DNA from: Candidatus Moraniibacteriota bacterium
GTDB taxonomy: Bacteria; Patescibacteriota; Minisyncoccia; Moranbacterales; UBA2206
Direction of reading: 5' to 3'
DNA length: 64,000 nucleotides
Assembly (NCBI GenBank): GCA_003483065.1
Contig: DMWY01000018.1
Location: forward strand, 8,160-72,159
The translations under genes and the position numbers were made by a program. Positions 10,268 through 19,767 of the stretch are shown piece after piece (within the stretch, counting starts at the first letter, position 1; each line of letters begins with the position of its first letter). The notes under the pieces were generated by a model. That model did no database searches and was not told the DNA's origin. It saw nothing but the letters and a program-made list of their open reading frames with translations.

Positions 10268-10330
10268 TGTATTTTATTCGTAGATTCCTGCCTACCGGCA
10301 GGCAGGCGCATTAAATTCGTAGATTCGCAT
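10268..10330 (-). promoter_or_regulatory. Operator-like site: direct repeats attcgtagattc flanking a GC palindrome, upstream of the CAP-domain gene
   Basis: attcgtagattc cctgcctaccggcaggcagg cgcattaa attcgtagattcgcatcgg. The 18-mer attcgtagattcgcatcg recurs exactly at 54884 upstream of nusG. Confidence 0.4.
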
Positions 10331-10349
10331 CGGTTAAAAATAATAAAAT

Positions 10350-10372
10350 CCGGGCTTTTCACCCGGCTTTCA
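10350..10372 (-). terminator. Rho-independent terminator (second of a tandem pair)
   Basis: Minus strand: agccgggtgaaaagcccgg followed by attttattattttt. Confidence 0.6.
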
Positions 10373-10462
10373 ACACTTTTGTGGCTTCCGCCAGCTGGCG
10401 GATTAACCACTTACATAACCATTATAGCAGACTTTTGACCTTTTGGCAAGCTTAGAAAAAAA

Positions 10463-10497
10463 CAACGGCGGTTTGCGAAAGATTCGCGAAACCGCCG
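10463..10497 (-). terminator. Rho-independent terminator downstream of the ileS operon
   Basis: Minus strand: ccggcggtttcgcgaatctttcgcaaaccgccg followed by ttgttttttt. The stem is 14 bp and nearly perfect. Confidence 0.75.
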
Positions 10498-10512
10498 GTA
10501 AGGATTGAAAAA

Positions 10513-10614
10513 AAATTATCCACGCTTAGCCCCCCAGAAAATATAGGAGGCCCAAATAATGAGAACTGCTCCAGCCAGATACATTCCGACCCTCATAAAA
10601 TCAACCATGTTTTC
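10513..10614 (-). CDS. Putative 33-aa single-TM membrane peptide
   Basis: MENMVDFMRVGMYLAGAVLIIWASYIFWGAKRG, preceded by AAGGAGG 6 nt upstream. Too short for the ORF track. Confidence 0.35.
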
Positions 10615-10634
10615 CATATTTCCTCCTTGCCAAG

Positions 10635-10949
10635 TTATTTCTTTATAATTTTAAATCCCAATAATAATATTGAACGAGAATCAATACGATCACCCTTATC
10701 AAATATTAGTAAAAAATCTCTCGTGAATCCCAGAATTTTATTTTTTCTGCCATTTCTGTTTATAACATCCCCAATTTCGATATCAAGATCATTAATAATC
10801 TTTCTTCTTTTTTCCGTAGCATCAGATATTTTCTTACCTATGATGTCTGCATTTACACCCTCATAGATAAAATTATATCTTTGCTCTTGATCCTCTTTTG
10901 GTTTTTTATCTAAATATTTGTTTCTTGTTGAGGTTATATTGCAAGACAT
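10635..10949 (-). CDS. Hypothetical protein
   Basis: 104-aa ORF immediately downstream of ileS on the same strand. No recognisable motif. Confidence 0.4.
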   Translation of the reverse strand: MSCNITSTRNKYLDKKPKEDQEQRYNFIYEGVNADIIGKKISDATEKRRKIINDLDIEIGDVINRNGRKNKILGFTRDFLLIFDKGDRIDSRSILLLGFKIIKK

Positions 10950-10969
10950 TTATCCGCTCTCCATCCCTA

Positions 10970-13900
10970 TTAAATTTTCCTAACCCCAATTTCCAATTTT
11001 TCTCCATCTACCTCAAAAGTTTTTTTGAGATCTCCGGATATTTCATTGGAAGACAATATGCCATTCGCCAAAGTTTCTTTGGCGATTAATTTCTTGAGAT
11101 CTATATTGTTAAAGATCAATGATTCACCACTATAAACTATTTCAATTCGATTGTCAACTTCATAGCCCGCCTCTTTTCTCATTTCTTGAATGAAACGAAT
11201 CACCTCTCGTGCTTGGCCTTCGAGTTTGAGTTCGAGGGTGATTTCGGTATTTAATTTTATATTTTCAACACTAGAACTAGATTGCGCATCATCCATTTTA
11301 AATTCCCCAACAAACTTAACTTCCTTAATATTTAATTCTTCTTTTATTATATCTAAAAATTCCGCTCGTAATTCGCAATTGGTAATTAGTAATTCAGATA
11401 GAGGCTGACGAACTTTTATCCCCGCTTTTGCTCGCAGTTGCAATGCTTCTGTGATAATATTTCTCGTTTCTTCCATTTCCTTATTTAATCTTTCATCAAT
11501 CAATTTTTCATCAGCGATTGGAAAATCTTGCAAGTGTACAGACGCAAAATTTTGCGTCTCTACGGCGCTGGATAAATTCCGATAAATTTCCTCAGAGATA
11601 AACGGCGTAAACGGCGCCATCAATTTTGAAAGGGTTATTAAAACATAATGCAAGGTTTCATAGGCCTCATTTTTATCACCATCATTTTCCGATTTCCAAA
11701 ATCGCTTTCGACTTCGACGAATATACCAATTGGAAAGGTTATCCACAAAAACTTCAATTGATTTTGCAGAACTATAAACATCATACGCCTCTAATTTTTC
11801 ATCTACATTTTTGATAAGCATTTGCATTTCAGAAATAATCCACTTATCAAGAAGATTTTTTGTATCTTGTATCTTGTATCTTGTATCTTGCGGTTGAAAA
11901 CCGTCTATATTTGCATACATCACAAAAAATGAATATGAATTCCAAAGCATGCGAAAAACTCGATTCATAATATCTTTCATATTTTTGATATCAAATTTTT
12001 TCGGAAGTCCTGGTTGATTGATGGTATAGAGCATCCAGCGAAGCATATCTGCTCCATATTCATCCATAACCTTCATTGGTTCAATGACATTGCCTTTTGA
12101 CTTAGACATTTTTTTGCCTTTAGCATCCAAAATATGCCCGAGACAAATAACATTTTTGAAAGCATAGCCGGTTGGAACTTTTCCGGATTCGTTGAGTAAT
12201 GTAGCAATTGCGTGCAGAGTGTAGAACCACCCACGAGTTTGATCCACTGCTTCGGAAATATAATCAGCCGGAAAAAACTTTCCACTTTCAACTTTTTCTT
12301 TTTCTTCCATGCTAGCTGAAGCAGGATAATAGAATTGAGCTAACGGCATCGAGCCTGAATCAAACCAAACGTCCAAAACTTCTGGCACTTTTTTCATTTC
12401 TTCTCCGCAGACACATTCAAATTTAACTTCGTCTATATATGGTTTGTGTAAATCCTCAATTTTTTGACCAGATAAATCTTCCAGTTCTTTTTGCGATTCA
12501 ATAACTTTCAATTCTCCACATTTTTCACATTTCCAAATTGGCAAAGGAGTTCCCCAATAACGTTCTCGGGAGATTGCCCAGTCTTTGACACCCTTCAACC
12601 ATTCACCAAAACGACCCTCTCTGAAATGCTCCGGAATCCAATTTATCTTCTCATTATTTTTTACTAATTTTTCTGAAAATTCACTCATTCGGATAAACCA
12701 TGATGGCTTGGCATAATAAATCAAAGGGGTATCGCATCTCCAACAAAATGGATAATCATGTTCATACAATTCTTCTTTGAAAAGCAACTCGCGCTTTTTC
12801 AAGTCCTCTAGAATTAATTCATCGACTGCATATTTGTTTTTTTCATTTTTCTTTTTAACTGGAATTCCAAATCCAGGAACTTCCGCTGACATTTTTCCTT
12901 CCGTGTCCACGGTAATCAGAGTTGGTAAGTCATTTTCGCGTCCAACATTACTATCATCCTCTCCAAAGGCCGGGGCGATATGCACTATTCCCGTTCCATC
13001 TTGTGTCGTCACAAAATCACCCGAGACAACTCGGTAAGCTTTTTTGTCAGAATCATTAGTTTTATAAAGCGGTTCGTATTCAAGGCCGATTAAGTCATTA
13101 CCACTCATATCATCATGCACTATTTCCATTTCTTTGTCTTTGAATATTTTTTCAATCAAATCGCTAGCGACGATAATCAATTCTGAAATATCTTTTATCC
13201 GAAGCGACGTATATTTTACATTTTTGTTAACCGCTAATGCAACATTGCCTGGGAGTGTCCAAGGTGTAGTCGTCCAAACTAAAATGTAAGCGCTGTCCTT
13301 AGTTTTATATTTACCTCCTCCGAATTCTTGTTCTGGCTTTAATTTAAATTTAACAAAAACTGAATTGTCTTTCACGACCTGATAACCCTGCGCCACTTCA
13401 TGAGAAGAAAGTGCTGTTCCACAACGATAACAATATGGCACAACTTTGTGACCTTGATAAATCAAGCTTTCTCCATTCTTATTTTTAGTTTTGAAAATTT
13501 GCGCAATCACCCACCAAACTGATTCGATATATTTATTTTCATATGTGACATAAGGTTTTTTCATATCCACCCAATATGCCATTCTTTGCGTGAGTTTTTC
13601 CCAAAGATCTCGATAGAGCCAAACTGATTCTTTGCATTTCTTGTTAAATTCAATGACACTTTCTCTCGGATTTCCCGGTATAATATTTTCAATTTCTTGT
13701 TTGTTTTTTAGTCCCAATGCTTTTTCCACTTGCAATTCAACTGGCAAACCATGTGTATCCCAACCAGCTTTTCTTTCCACTCGATAGCCTTTCATTGTTT
13801 TGTAGCGCGGAATGATATCTTTGAACGCTCGCGCTAAAACATGATGAAGCCCAGGAACACCATTGGCCGTCGGTGGCCCTTCATAAAACACAAAAGATTT

Positions 13901-14014
13901 ATCCTCCGGATTTTTCTCTACTGACTTTTGAAATATCTCATTCTCTTCCCAAAATTTCAAAATTTCTTCTTCCATCTTAGGAAATGATTGCTTCACCTCA
14001 ACTTTTTTAAACAT
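10970..14014 (-). CDS. ileS: Isoleucine--tRNA ligase (type 2, eukaryote-like)
   Basis: HIGH-class motifs (PPTANGVPGLHH) and KMSKSKGN. N-terminus MFKKVEVKQSFPKMEEEILKFW is typical of type-2 IleRS. The ORF track extends 12 codons upstream from a TTG. Contains an in-frame (caagata)x4 heptamer array at 11861..11888. Confidence 0.9.
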   Translation of the reverse strand: MFKKVEVKQSFPKMEEEILKFWEENEIFQKSVEKNPEDKSFVFYEGPPTANGVPGLHHVLARAFKDIIPRYKTMKGYRVERKAGWDTHGLPVELQVEKALGLKNKQEIENIIPGNPRESVIEFNKKCKESVWLYRDLWEKLTQRMAYWVDMKKPYVTYENKYIESVWWVIAQIFKTKNKNGESLIYQGHKVVPYCYRCGTALSSHEVAQGYQVVKDNSVFVKFKLKPEQEFGGGKYKTKDSAYILVWTTTPWTLPGNVALAVNKNVKYTSLRIKDISELIIVASDLIEKIFKDKEMEIVHDDMSGNDLIGLEYEPLYKTNDSDKKAYRVVSGDFVTTQDGTGIVHIAPAFGEDDSNVGRENDLPTLITVDTEGKMSAEVPGFGIPVKKKNEKNKYAVDELILEDLKKRELLFKEELYEHDYPFCWRCDTPLIYYAKPSWFIRMSEFSEKLVKNNEKINWIPEHFREGRFGEWLKGVKDWAISRERYWGTPLPIWKCEKCGELKVIESQKELEDLSGQKIEDLHKPYIDEVKFECVCGEEMKKVPEVLDVWFDSGSMPLAQFYYPASASMEEKEKVESGKFFPADYISEAVDQTRGWFYTLHAIATLLNESGKVPTGYAFKNVICLGHILDAKGKKMSKSKGNVIEPMKVMDEYGADMLRWMLYTINQPGLPKKFDIKNMKDIMNRVFRMLWNSYSFFVMYANIDGFQPQDTRYKIQDTKNLLDKWIISEMQMLIKNVDEKLEAYDVYSSAKSIEVFVDNLSNWYIRRSRKRFWKSENDGDKNEAYETLHYVLITLSKLMAPFTPFISEEIYRNLSSAVETQNFASVHLQDFPIADEKLIDERLNKEMEETRNIITEALQLRAKAGIKVRQPLSELLITNCELRAEFLDIIKEELNIKEVKFVGEFKMDDAQSSSSVENIKLNTEITLELKLEGQAREVIRFIQEMRKEAGYEVDNRIEIVYSGESLIFNNIDLKKLIAKETLANGILSSNEISGDLKKTFEVDGEKLEIGVRKI

Positions 14015-14055
14015 AAATTTATAAATTAAAAATAAAAAAACCTTACACAAAAAAA

Positions 14056-14235
14056 TGCATAAGGACGTTTGAAAAACGTGGTACCACCTTAGTTTTCATG
14101 TTTCATGCTACATGTTGCATGCTTCATGACTTATTCCTGCTATCACGGGCTTACCCGGTGAAGTCTACTTCTCACCGATGAGGCGAGTTTCTTTTCACAG
14201 CTCCGGAGTGATCTCTCCATCAAAGCCTTTCTTCT
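14056..14235 (-). promoter_or_regulatory. T-box riboswitch leader (Ile specifier candidate) with terminator, upstream of ileS
   Basis: Minus strand carries AACTAAGGTGGTACCACG, matching the T-box consensus AAUUAGGGUGGNACCGCG. It is followed by the helix AAGG...ACGTTTTTCAAACGT...CCTT and TTTTTTT. Upstream is a stem with loop TCATC (ATC Ile codon) and GA-rich Stem-I-like sequence (GGAGAGATCACTCCGGAGCTGTGAAAAGAAACTCGCC). Confidence 0.65.
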
Positions 14236-14269
14236 ATATACTAATACAAATCTCAAAAAACACAATGGT

Positions 14270-14752
14270 TTATATTTTTCCAAAAATATTTTTATTATTC
14301 GAATAAAACTCCCAGCCAATCATTATCTCCCGTTCAATACTGGAAATAAAATCTATCTCGGAAAGATTATTAATTGATTGCCATTTCCATTCGCTGTGTT
14401 CCCTTTCGTCAATCACGGGATTTTTTCCGTTGACATAAGAATGCCAGAAACACACAAATTTCATTCCAGGAATTTTTTTCTGTTCTAGCTCCAGTGTTTC
14501 AATCTCATAAGTTCCAAAAACTAAAACTCGATCGATAACAATTCCCAATTCTTCTTTTATTTGCCTACCTATCGCTTCTTCAAAATTTTCTCCAATATAA
14601 ACTTGTCCGCCACCACATTCCCACTTGCCTGGATACAATCTTCTACTGTCTTGTCTTTTCACAATCAAAACTTCAATGTCATTTTCTGTTTCCCGAAAAC
14701 ATATTCCCGCTACATGCACTTCTATTTTGTGTTGTTGTTGCTCTCTAGACAT
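14270..14752 (-). CDS. NUDIX hydrolase
   Basis: NUDIX box GKWECGGGQVYIGENFEEAIGRQIKEELGI (GX5EX7REUXEEXGU). Confidence 0.8.
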   Translation of the reverse strand: MSREQQQHKIEVHVAGICFRETENDIEVLIVKRQDSRRLYPGKWECGGGQVYIGENFEEAIGRQIKEELGIVIDRVLVFGTYEIETLELEQKKIPGMKFVCFWHSYVNGKNPVIDEREHSEWKWQSINNLSEIDFISSIEREIMIGWEFYSNNKNIFGKI

Positions 14753-15927
14753 TATTTATTTTTTTCAAAACTTTTATACACTTCCAAAGTCTCTCGCGCG
14801 CATTTTTCCCAATTGAATTTTTCCACTTGCTTCTTCCCTTTTTCTCGAAAATCATTTTTGAGATTTTCGTCTGTGGCAAATTTTGTCATTGCCTCAGCTA
14901 ACTCTTGCGTGTTAATTGGGTCAATTTGATAGGCGGCGTCTCCGGCTACTTCCGGAATGGACGAAACATTTGAGACAATGGCTGGTGTGCCCGTAGCAAA
15001 AGCTTCGAGCACTGTCATACCAAAACCTTCATAGAGTGACGGCATCACAAAGAAATCAGCATTTTTGAAAAGTGGCACTAGTTCATCACCAACCACATAA
15101 CCAGTGAAAAACACATCCTTAGAAAGATCAAGGTCTTTTACTATTTGCTTATATTCCTGTGCCAACCAACCATTCTTTCCGGCTAGGATAAGCTTGTGTT
15201 CACATTTGCCTTTGATTTTTTGACATTTTTCTTTGAAAATTTTGAATGCCTCTAGAAGTCGGGTAATATTTTTGATCGGCTCAATTGTTCCCAAAAACAA
15301 AATGTATTTCTTGTCAGTTGGAATTCCATATTTTTCCAAAACTTTTTCGCGGGTTAGCTTTGACTCTTCAAAAAGTCGTTTGTCAAAACCAACATTGATA
15401 ACTTTGATTTTTTCGGCTGGATATTTGAAAATATTTTTAATGTCTTTTTTGGTTGATTCAGAGACGGCAATTATCTTGTCAGCTTTGCTCACCATAATAC
15501 TCATCACGGCTCGCGCCTTGGTGCTTTTTAGTTTCGGAAAAACATCCGGCACCTTATAGACTGCCAAATCATGCGCTGTTACGATGGTTTTTCCGCGATA
15601 CCCAACCGGAATTCGACTCATCGGCGACGTTGAATGAACTACATCCAAATTTTCTTTCATCAGAGTCGCCGTGCCCAAAATTTCGTTGTAAGCTCCCGGC
15701 AAATATTTCTTATAATCCGAAAATGGATAGAATTTTATCTTCACATTCGACTGAGCAAATTTTTTCACATCTTTTTCTCGCACACGAAAATCAAAAAACA
15801 AAACATACTCGTTCACTTTGTCGATTTTCAAAAGATGTCGAATAAGTTGATAGGTATAGTGCCCCACTCCAATCGCTTCACCCTTCTCTGGATTCAAAAT
15901 TGTGCGCGCGTCAATTCCGATCTTCAT
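14752..15927 (-). CDS. Glycosyltransferase family 4 (GT-B, retaining)
   Basis: C-terminal EGFGMTVLEAFATGTPAIVS motif typical of GT4/GT1 enzymes. Confidence 0.8.
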   Translation of the reverse strand: MKIGIDARTILNPEKGEAIGVGHYTYQLIRHLLKIDKVNEYVLFFDFRVREKDVKKFAQSNVKIKFYPFSDYKKYLPGAYNEILGTATLMKENLDVVHSTSPMSRIPVGYRGKTIVTAHDLAVYKVPDVFPKLKSTKARAVMSIMVSKADKIIAVSESTKKDIKNIFKYPAEKIKVINVGFDKRLFEESKLTREKVLEKYGIPTDKKYILFLGTIEPIKNITRLLEAFKIFKEKCQKIKGKCEHKLILAGKNGWLAQEYKQIVKDLDLSKDVFFTGYVVGDELVPLFKNADFFVMPSLYEGFGMTVLEAFATGTPAIVSNVSSIPEVAGDAAYQIDPINTQELAEAMTKFATDENLKNDFREKGKKQVEKFNWEKCARETLEVYKSFEKNK

Positions 15928-15962
15928 AGTTTTGTCTTAGTTAATTAATTTAGCTTTTTTTC

Positions 15963-16076
15963 CTTACGAATTACGAACTTTTACAAATGTACTAATGTGG
16001 ACTGAGTACTTTTTTATTATTTCAATTTAATTATTCGTATTTCGTACATTCGTACCGATTCGTAATTCGTAAGGGT
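15963..16076. repeat. Small TIR-bounded element (perfect 16-bp inverted repeats ccttacgaattacgaa) with internal TACGAAT heptad repeats
   Basis: 15963 ccttacgaattacgaa...ttcgtaattcgtaagg 16076. The interior reads ttcgtatttcgtacattcgtaccgattcgtaattcgtaa. The CCTTACGAA terminus also bounds the 26156..26594 segment. Confidence 0.6.
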
Positions 16077-16078
16077 TA

Positions 16079-17710
16079 TCACATCTTTTCTGGAGAATTT
16101 ACTCCTAACAATCTGAGAACTTCTCCTAACACTATTCTAACAGCATTTATGAGGTTTAGTCTAGCGCTAGTTAGCTCTGGATTTTCATCATCTAGCACCT
16201 TGCAATCATTGTAAAAAGAATGAAATTTATCCGCCAATTTTATCGCATAATACGGCAATTTATGCACTTCATAACTTTCGGAAACATCCTCAATGATTTG
16301 CGGAAATTTGTCGAGTTCTCGAATTAAACTCAATTCTTTTTTATGAGTTAGTAATGACAAATCTACCTTATTCCTCCTCTCCTCTTGGGAGAGGATGTCC
16401 CGACAAAGTCGGGACAGGAGAGGGCTCTCTTTCACCTTCTCTAAGATACTACAAATTCTAGCGTGCGCATATTGCACATAGAAGACTGGATTTTTTTCAG
16501 ATCTTTCTTTTGCCAAACCAAGATCGAAAGTCATATGAGTGTTAGCATCATACATCAAAAAGAAAAATCGCACGGCGTCCAAACCAACTTCATCTATCAG
16601 CTCATCAATATATACAACATTCCCAGCACGCTTGCTCATTTTTGCTTCTTTGCCATCTTTCACAAGACGCACCAATTGCACAATCACAAACTTGAGTTCT
16701 CCCTTGAACCCAAGGGCTTCGGCTGCTGCGCGAAATCTCAAAATATAGCCATGATGATCAGCGCCCCAAACTTCAATTATTTTTTCAAATTTTCTGTCTA
16801 TTTTATTCAAGATATATCCACAATCCGAGGCAAAATATGTTTTTTGTCCGTCTTTTTTAACAAGCACTCGATCTTTGTCATCGCCAAATTTTGTCGTCTT
16901 AAGCCACATCGCTCCATCATTTTCAAAAGTTAATTCTTTCTTTTTCAATTTTTCAATCGCCTTATCAATATAGCCATCTTCATAAAGAGATTTTTCTGAC
17001 ATCCAGCTATCAAAATTAATTTTCATCTTTTCTTTGATTGTTTTTTTGATAATCTCATCCAGCACAATCTTGGCCGACTTTTCTCCAATTTCTTTGATAT
17101 CTTTTATTTTTGCAAATTTTTTATTCAATTGATCAATATATTCCCCGGAATATGCCGCCTCCTCATCCTTCAAAACACTGTGACCTAATTTGAGCAATTG
17201 CTCTCCAGCATCATTCACATAATATTCATTAACATTTTCATAACCCGCCTTTTCCAAAACTTTTCCAATCACATCTCCGAAAAATCCTCCTCGACCATTG
17301 CCCAGATGAAGCGGTCCAGTCGGGTTGGCAGAAATAAATTCATTGTTAACTTTTTTTCCTTTTCCAGTTTTGCCTTCGCCAAACTTATTTTCTCTTTCAT
17401 TTATCTCTCGAACTTTGTCCTGCAAATATTCTTTAGACAAATAGAAATTTATATACCCCGGTACAACAACTTCCACTTTCTCAAAAAATTGCTGTACGGA
17501 CAGGTCGCGACCTGTCCCTACCAAAAAATTTTTAATCTCCTCAGCTACTGTTATCGGATTTTTCTTGGCACTCTTACTCAAAACCATCGCCACATTAGTC
17601 GTATAATCACCAAAAGCTTCAAGCTTCGGATAGTCAACATCAACCTCACCTATTTCATAACCGAGGTCTTTCACCGCTTTTTCTATAAGTTTTTGAATTT
17701 CTTGTTTCAT
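16079..17710 (-). CDS. argS: Arginine--tRNA ligase
   Basis: N-terminal Arg-tRNA-binding domain, HIGH motif (PTGPLHLGNGRG), and C-terminal DALR anticodon-binding region. Carries the in-frame palindromic insertion at 16373..16424. Confidence 0.9.
   Translation of the reverse strand: MKQEIQKLIEKAVKDLGYEIGEVDVDYPKLEAFGDYTTNVAMVLSKSAKKNPITVAEEIKNFLVGTGRDLSVQQFFEKVEVVVPGYINFYLSKEYLQDKVREINERENKFGEGKTGKGKKVNNEFISANPTGPLHLGNGRGGFFGDVIGKVLEKAGYENVNEYYVNDAGEQLLKLGHSVLKDEEAAYSGEYIDQLNKKFAKIKDIKEIGEKSAKIVLDEIIKKTIKEKMKINFDSWMSEKSLYEDGYIDKAIEKLKKKELTFENDGAMWLKTTKFGDDKDRVLVKKDGQKTYFASDCGYILNKIDRKFEKIIEVWGADHHGYILRFRAAAEALGFKGELKFVIVQLVRLVKDGKEAKMSKRAGNVVYIDELIDEVGLDAVRFFFLMYDANTHMTFDLGLAKERSEKNPVFYVQYAHARICSILEKVKESPLLSRLCRDILSQEERRNKVDLSLLTHKKELSLIRELDKFPQIIEDVSESYEVHKLPYYAIKLADKFHSFYNDCKVLDDENPELTSARLNLINAVRIVLGEVLRLLGVNSPEKM
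16373..16424 (+). repeat. In-frame palindromic insertion element (PIE) copy A, inside argS
   Basis: cctcctctcctcttgggagagg atgtcccgacaaagtcgggacag gagaggg. Arms cctctcc/ggagagg plus an internal hairpin gtcccgac/gtcgggac. Encodes PLLSRLCRDILSQEERR within ArgRS with no stop. Confidence 0.75.
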
Positions 17711-17756
17711 AACTATATACTAACTCAACTTGCCCTTAAAATCAATATTTTCAAAA

Positions 17757-17790
17757 AAGCTTCAAGAAAATCTTGAAGCTTTTATTTTTC
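17757..17790 (-). terminator. Hairpin terminator downstream of Cys-rich secreted protein gene
   Basis: agcttcaag aaaat cttgaagct flanked by an A-run and ttttatttttc. Confidence 0.6.
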
Positions 17791-17813
17791 ATAGAATATT
17801 CCTAATATTTTTG

Positions 17814-18602
17814 CTAAAACAAACCCCCTAGCCAATTCATTATCCTTGCAAAAAATCCAACTCTTTCACACTCGCCATCAACAAGATTGTATCCGCCCTT
17901 GCAAACATACTCACATTTTGGTTCGTTTCCCTCGGGAACACTACAAGATTCAACCAATTCTTTCTTAGTGTAATAAAATACTTTTTCATCATCTTTTGGG
18001 CATAGTTCAGAATTTTTTGGCATTTCTCCAATGCAAGGAACTGTACTAATTTTTGAATCGACAGGCAAACCGATAAGTTCATTGTTTGAATTTTCGTTCC
18101 CCTTTGAATTATCTTGATTTTTAGAATTTTTATTCTGAGTTTGGCTATTGGCATTATTGCAATCGCGTGGCCAAGGCATTTTACACAAACCACTAAAATC
18201 CTCCATGCAATCCGCGAATGCTATCTTTGCGGTACAAAAATCTTTTTCATTAGAAATTTTATTATTACCAAACAGAAAGGCTCCTTGCTTATTATCACAC
18301 TCTTCATATTTAGCTAAGACTCTTTGAGAATAATCCCAACATTCATCTTCTTTTAAGGCACACCCTTCTAAGCATCCTCCTTTCACATAACCCCCTTCGC
18401 TGCTAGGACAAGAAACTTTACATTTATGCTCTAAATCAAGGCACTTATTAGCTTCTTCGGCAGCACAATCATGCATTTTATTAATAAATTCAACACCCGA
18501 GCCCGGAACAGCAGCAACAGTATAGAATGGTGAAAATAAAATAAAAAACGAAAAAAATATTTTTATCACTTTAATTTTTATCATATTATTTAGCTTGATC
18601 AA
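17814..18602 (-). CDS. Secreted cysteine-rich protein
   Basis: N-terminal signal peptide (KIFFSFFILFSPFYTVAAVPG), more than 20 Cys and a low-complexity N/Q/S linker. Confidence 0.5.
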   Translation of the reverse strand: MIKLNNMIKIKVIKIFFSFFILFSPFYTVAAVPGSGVEFINKMHDCAAEEANKCLDLEHKCKVSCPSSEGGYVKGGCLEGCALKEDECWDYSQRVLAKYEECDNKQGAFLFGNNKISNEKDFCTAKIAFADCMEDFSGLCKMPWPRDCNNANSQTQNKNSKNQDNSKGNENSNNELIGLPVDSKISTVPCIGEMPKNSELCPKDDEKVFYYTKKELVESCSVPEGNEPKCEYVCKGGYNLVDGECERVGFFARIMNWLGGLF

Positions 18603-19725
18603 TTTTTTTCTGTCCCTCGTTATATGCCTCCGCTATTTGATCTTCTATGCTTTTGTGCCTTTCATCATATTTATCACTGACATATTTTTGACATTCATCA
18701 GAGACTTCATTTCTTAAACGTATGCCAAGAGAAATATTGGTGCTTTCATTGCCAAGCTTGAGCGTACAAGAACTATGACTATTTGTCACTGAAATTTGGC
18801 TCATACTATTGGCATTTACCTTATTTATAGCGCAAGTAGCTTCCGACATTTTATTCATAACATTATTGAGCTCTTCTGAACTTCTCGCTGAATAATAAAC
18901 TCCGCCACCATTTTGGGAAATATTTTTGAGTTGACTTTCCGCTGTTCCGCCAACATTAAAACCGATGACATTGGTTATCAATTTTATATTATTACCGTTT
19001 AATTCTTTCGCTTTAGAAACTGGATTGCCACCACAAGTTTCTTCGCCATCACTAATTAGCAGGACTGAATTTTGATATTGATCTCCTGGATATTTCGCCA
19101 AAATATCACTAGCTTTTTGCAAAGAATCAGCTATTGGTGTCCAGCCAGTCGCTTGTAAAAGGGAAACTTTTGAAGTTATCACATCTAGCTTGATTTTATC
19201 CAACCAATAAATTTCTTCTATGCCGGCGCAAGAAACAGCTTTGTCGCTAGCACTATTACTTCCTTTGTGACCATAAGCAATAATGGAAACATTCACCTCT
19301 TCATTTAAATTTTTCACAAAATTCAAAGCCGCTTCCTTAGCAATTTCAATTTTAGATTTTCCACCAATTTTTGGTGCCATAGAACCAGAAGAGTCCAGAA
19401 TTAAAACTAAATTTTTCTTTTTGTTTGTATTATTTTTATTATCGCAAGTCGCTGTGTCCACCTTTCCATAACAATCCTCATATGTTTTTCCGTATTTGGA
19501 AATAAGCGCATCGTACTCAGCGTCACATTTAGTGTTATTAGAAAGATCTTGATTCTCCGCAGAAGCCGTATTTGTATCTGCCACCGGAGCTGTATTTTTT
19601 GCACTATTTATCTCAGGAGAAGTTTCGCTAGTCGTCTTTTGTTCTACAGTTGAACTATTTTTAGCTCCACAACCAGAAAAAATAATTACCGACGTTGCAA
19701 GTATTAGAAATAACATTTTTTTCAT
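18586..19725 (-). CDS. Lipoprotein with von Willebrand factor A (vWA) domain
   Basis: Lipobox LILATSVIIFSGC. vWA MIDAS motif LVLILDSSGSMAPKIGGKSKIEIAKEA. Confidence 0.7.
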   Translation of the reverse strand: MKKMLFLILATSVIIFSGCGAKNSSTVEQKTTSETSPEINSAKNTAPVADTNTASAENQDLSNNTKCDAEYDALISKYGKTYEDCYGKVDTATCDNKNNTNKKKNLVLILDSSGSMAPKIGGKSKIEIAKEAALNFVKNLNEEVNVSIIAYGHKGSNSASDKAVSCAGIEEIYWLDKIKLDVITSKVSLLQATGWTPIADSLQKASDILAKYPGDQYQNSVLLISDGEETCGGNPVSKAKELNGNNIKLITNVIGFNVGGTAESQLKNISQNGGGVYYSARSSEELNNVMNKMSEATCAINKVNANSMSQISVTNSHSSCTLKLGNESTNISLGIRLRNEVSDECQKYVSDKYDERHKSIEDQIAEAYNEGQKKIDQAK

Positions 19726-19767
19726 ATTTTTGTTTTTATCTTATAAAATAAAATTTTACTTTCTTAT

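Noticed and set aside
14014-14050. Longer ileS N-terminus (MCKVFLFLIYKF...) as given by the ORF track
   Set aside because: The extension starts at a TTG and is encoded by the T-box terminator and U-tract. The MFKKVEV... ATG gives a canonical type-2 IleRS N-terminus.
16463-17776. 156-aa and 192-aa plus-strand ORFs
   Set aside because: Antisense to argS. Phe/Ile/Asn-rich composition typical of AT-rich antisense frames.
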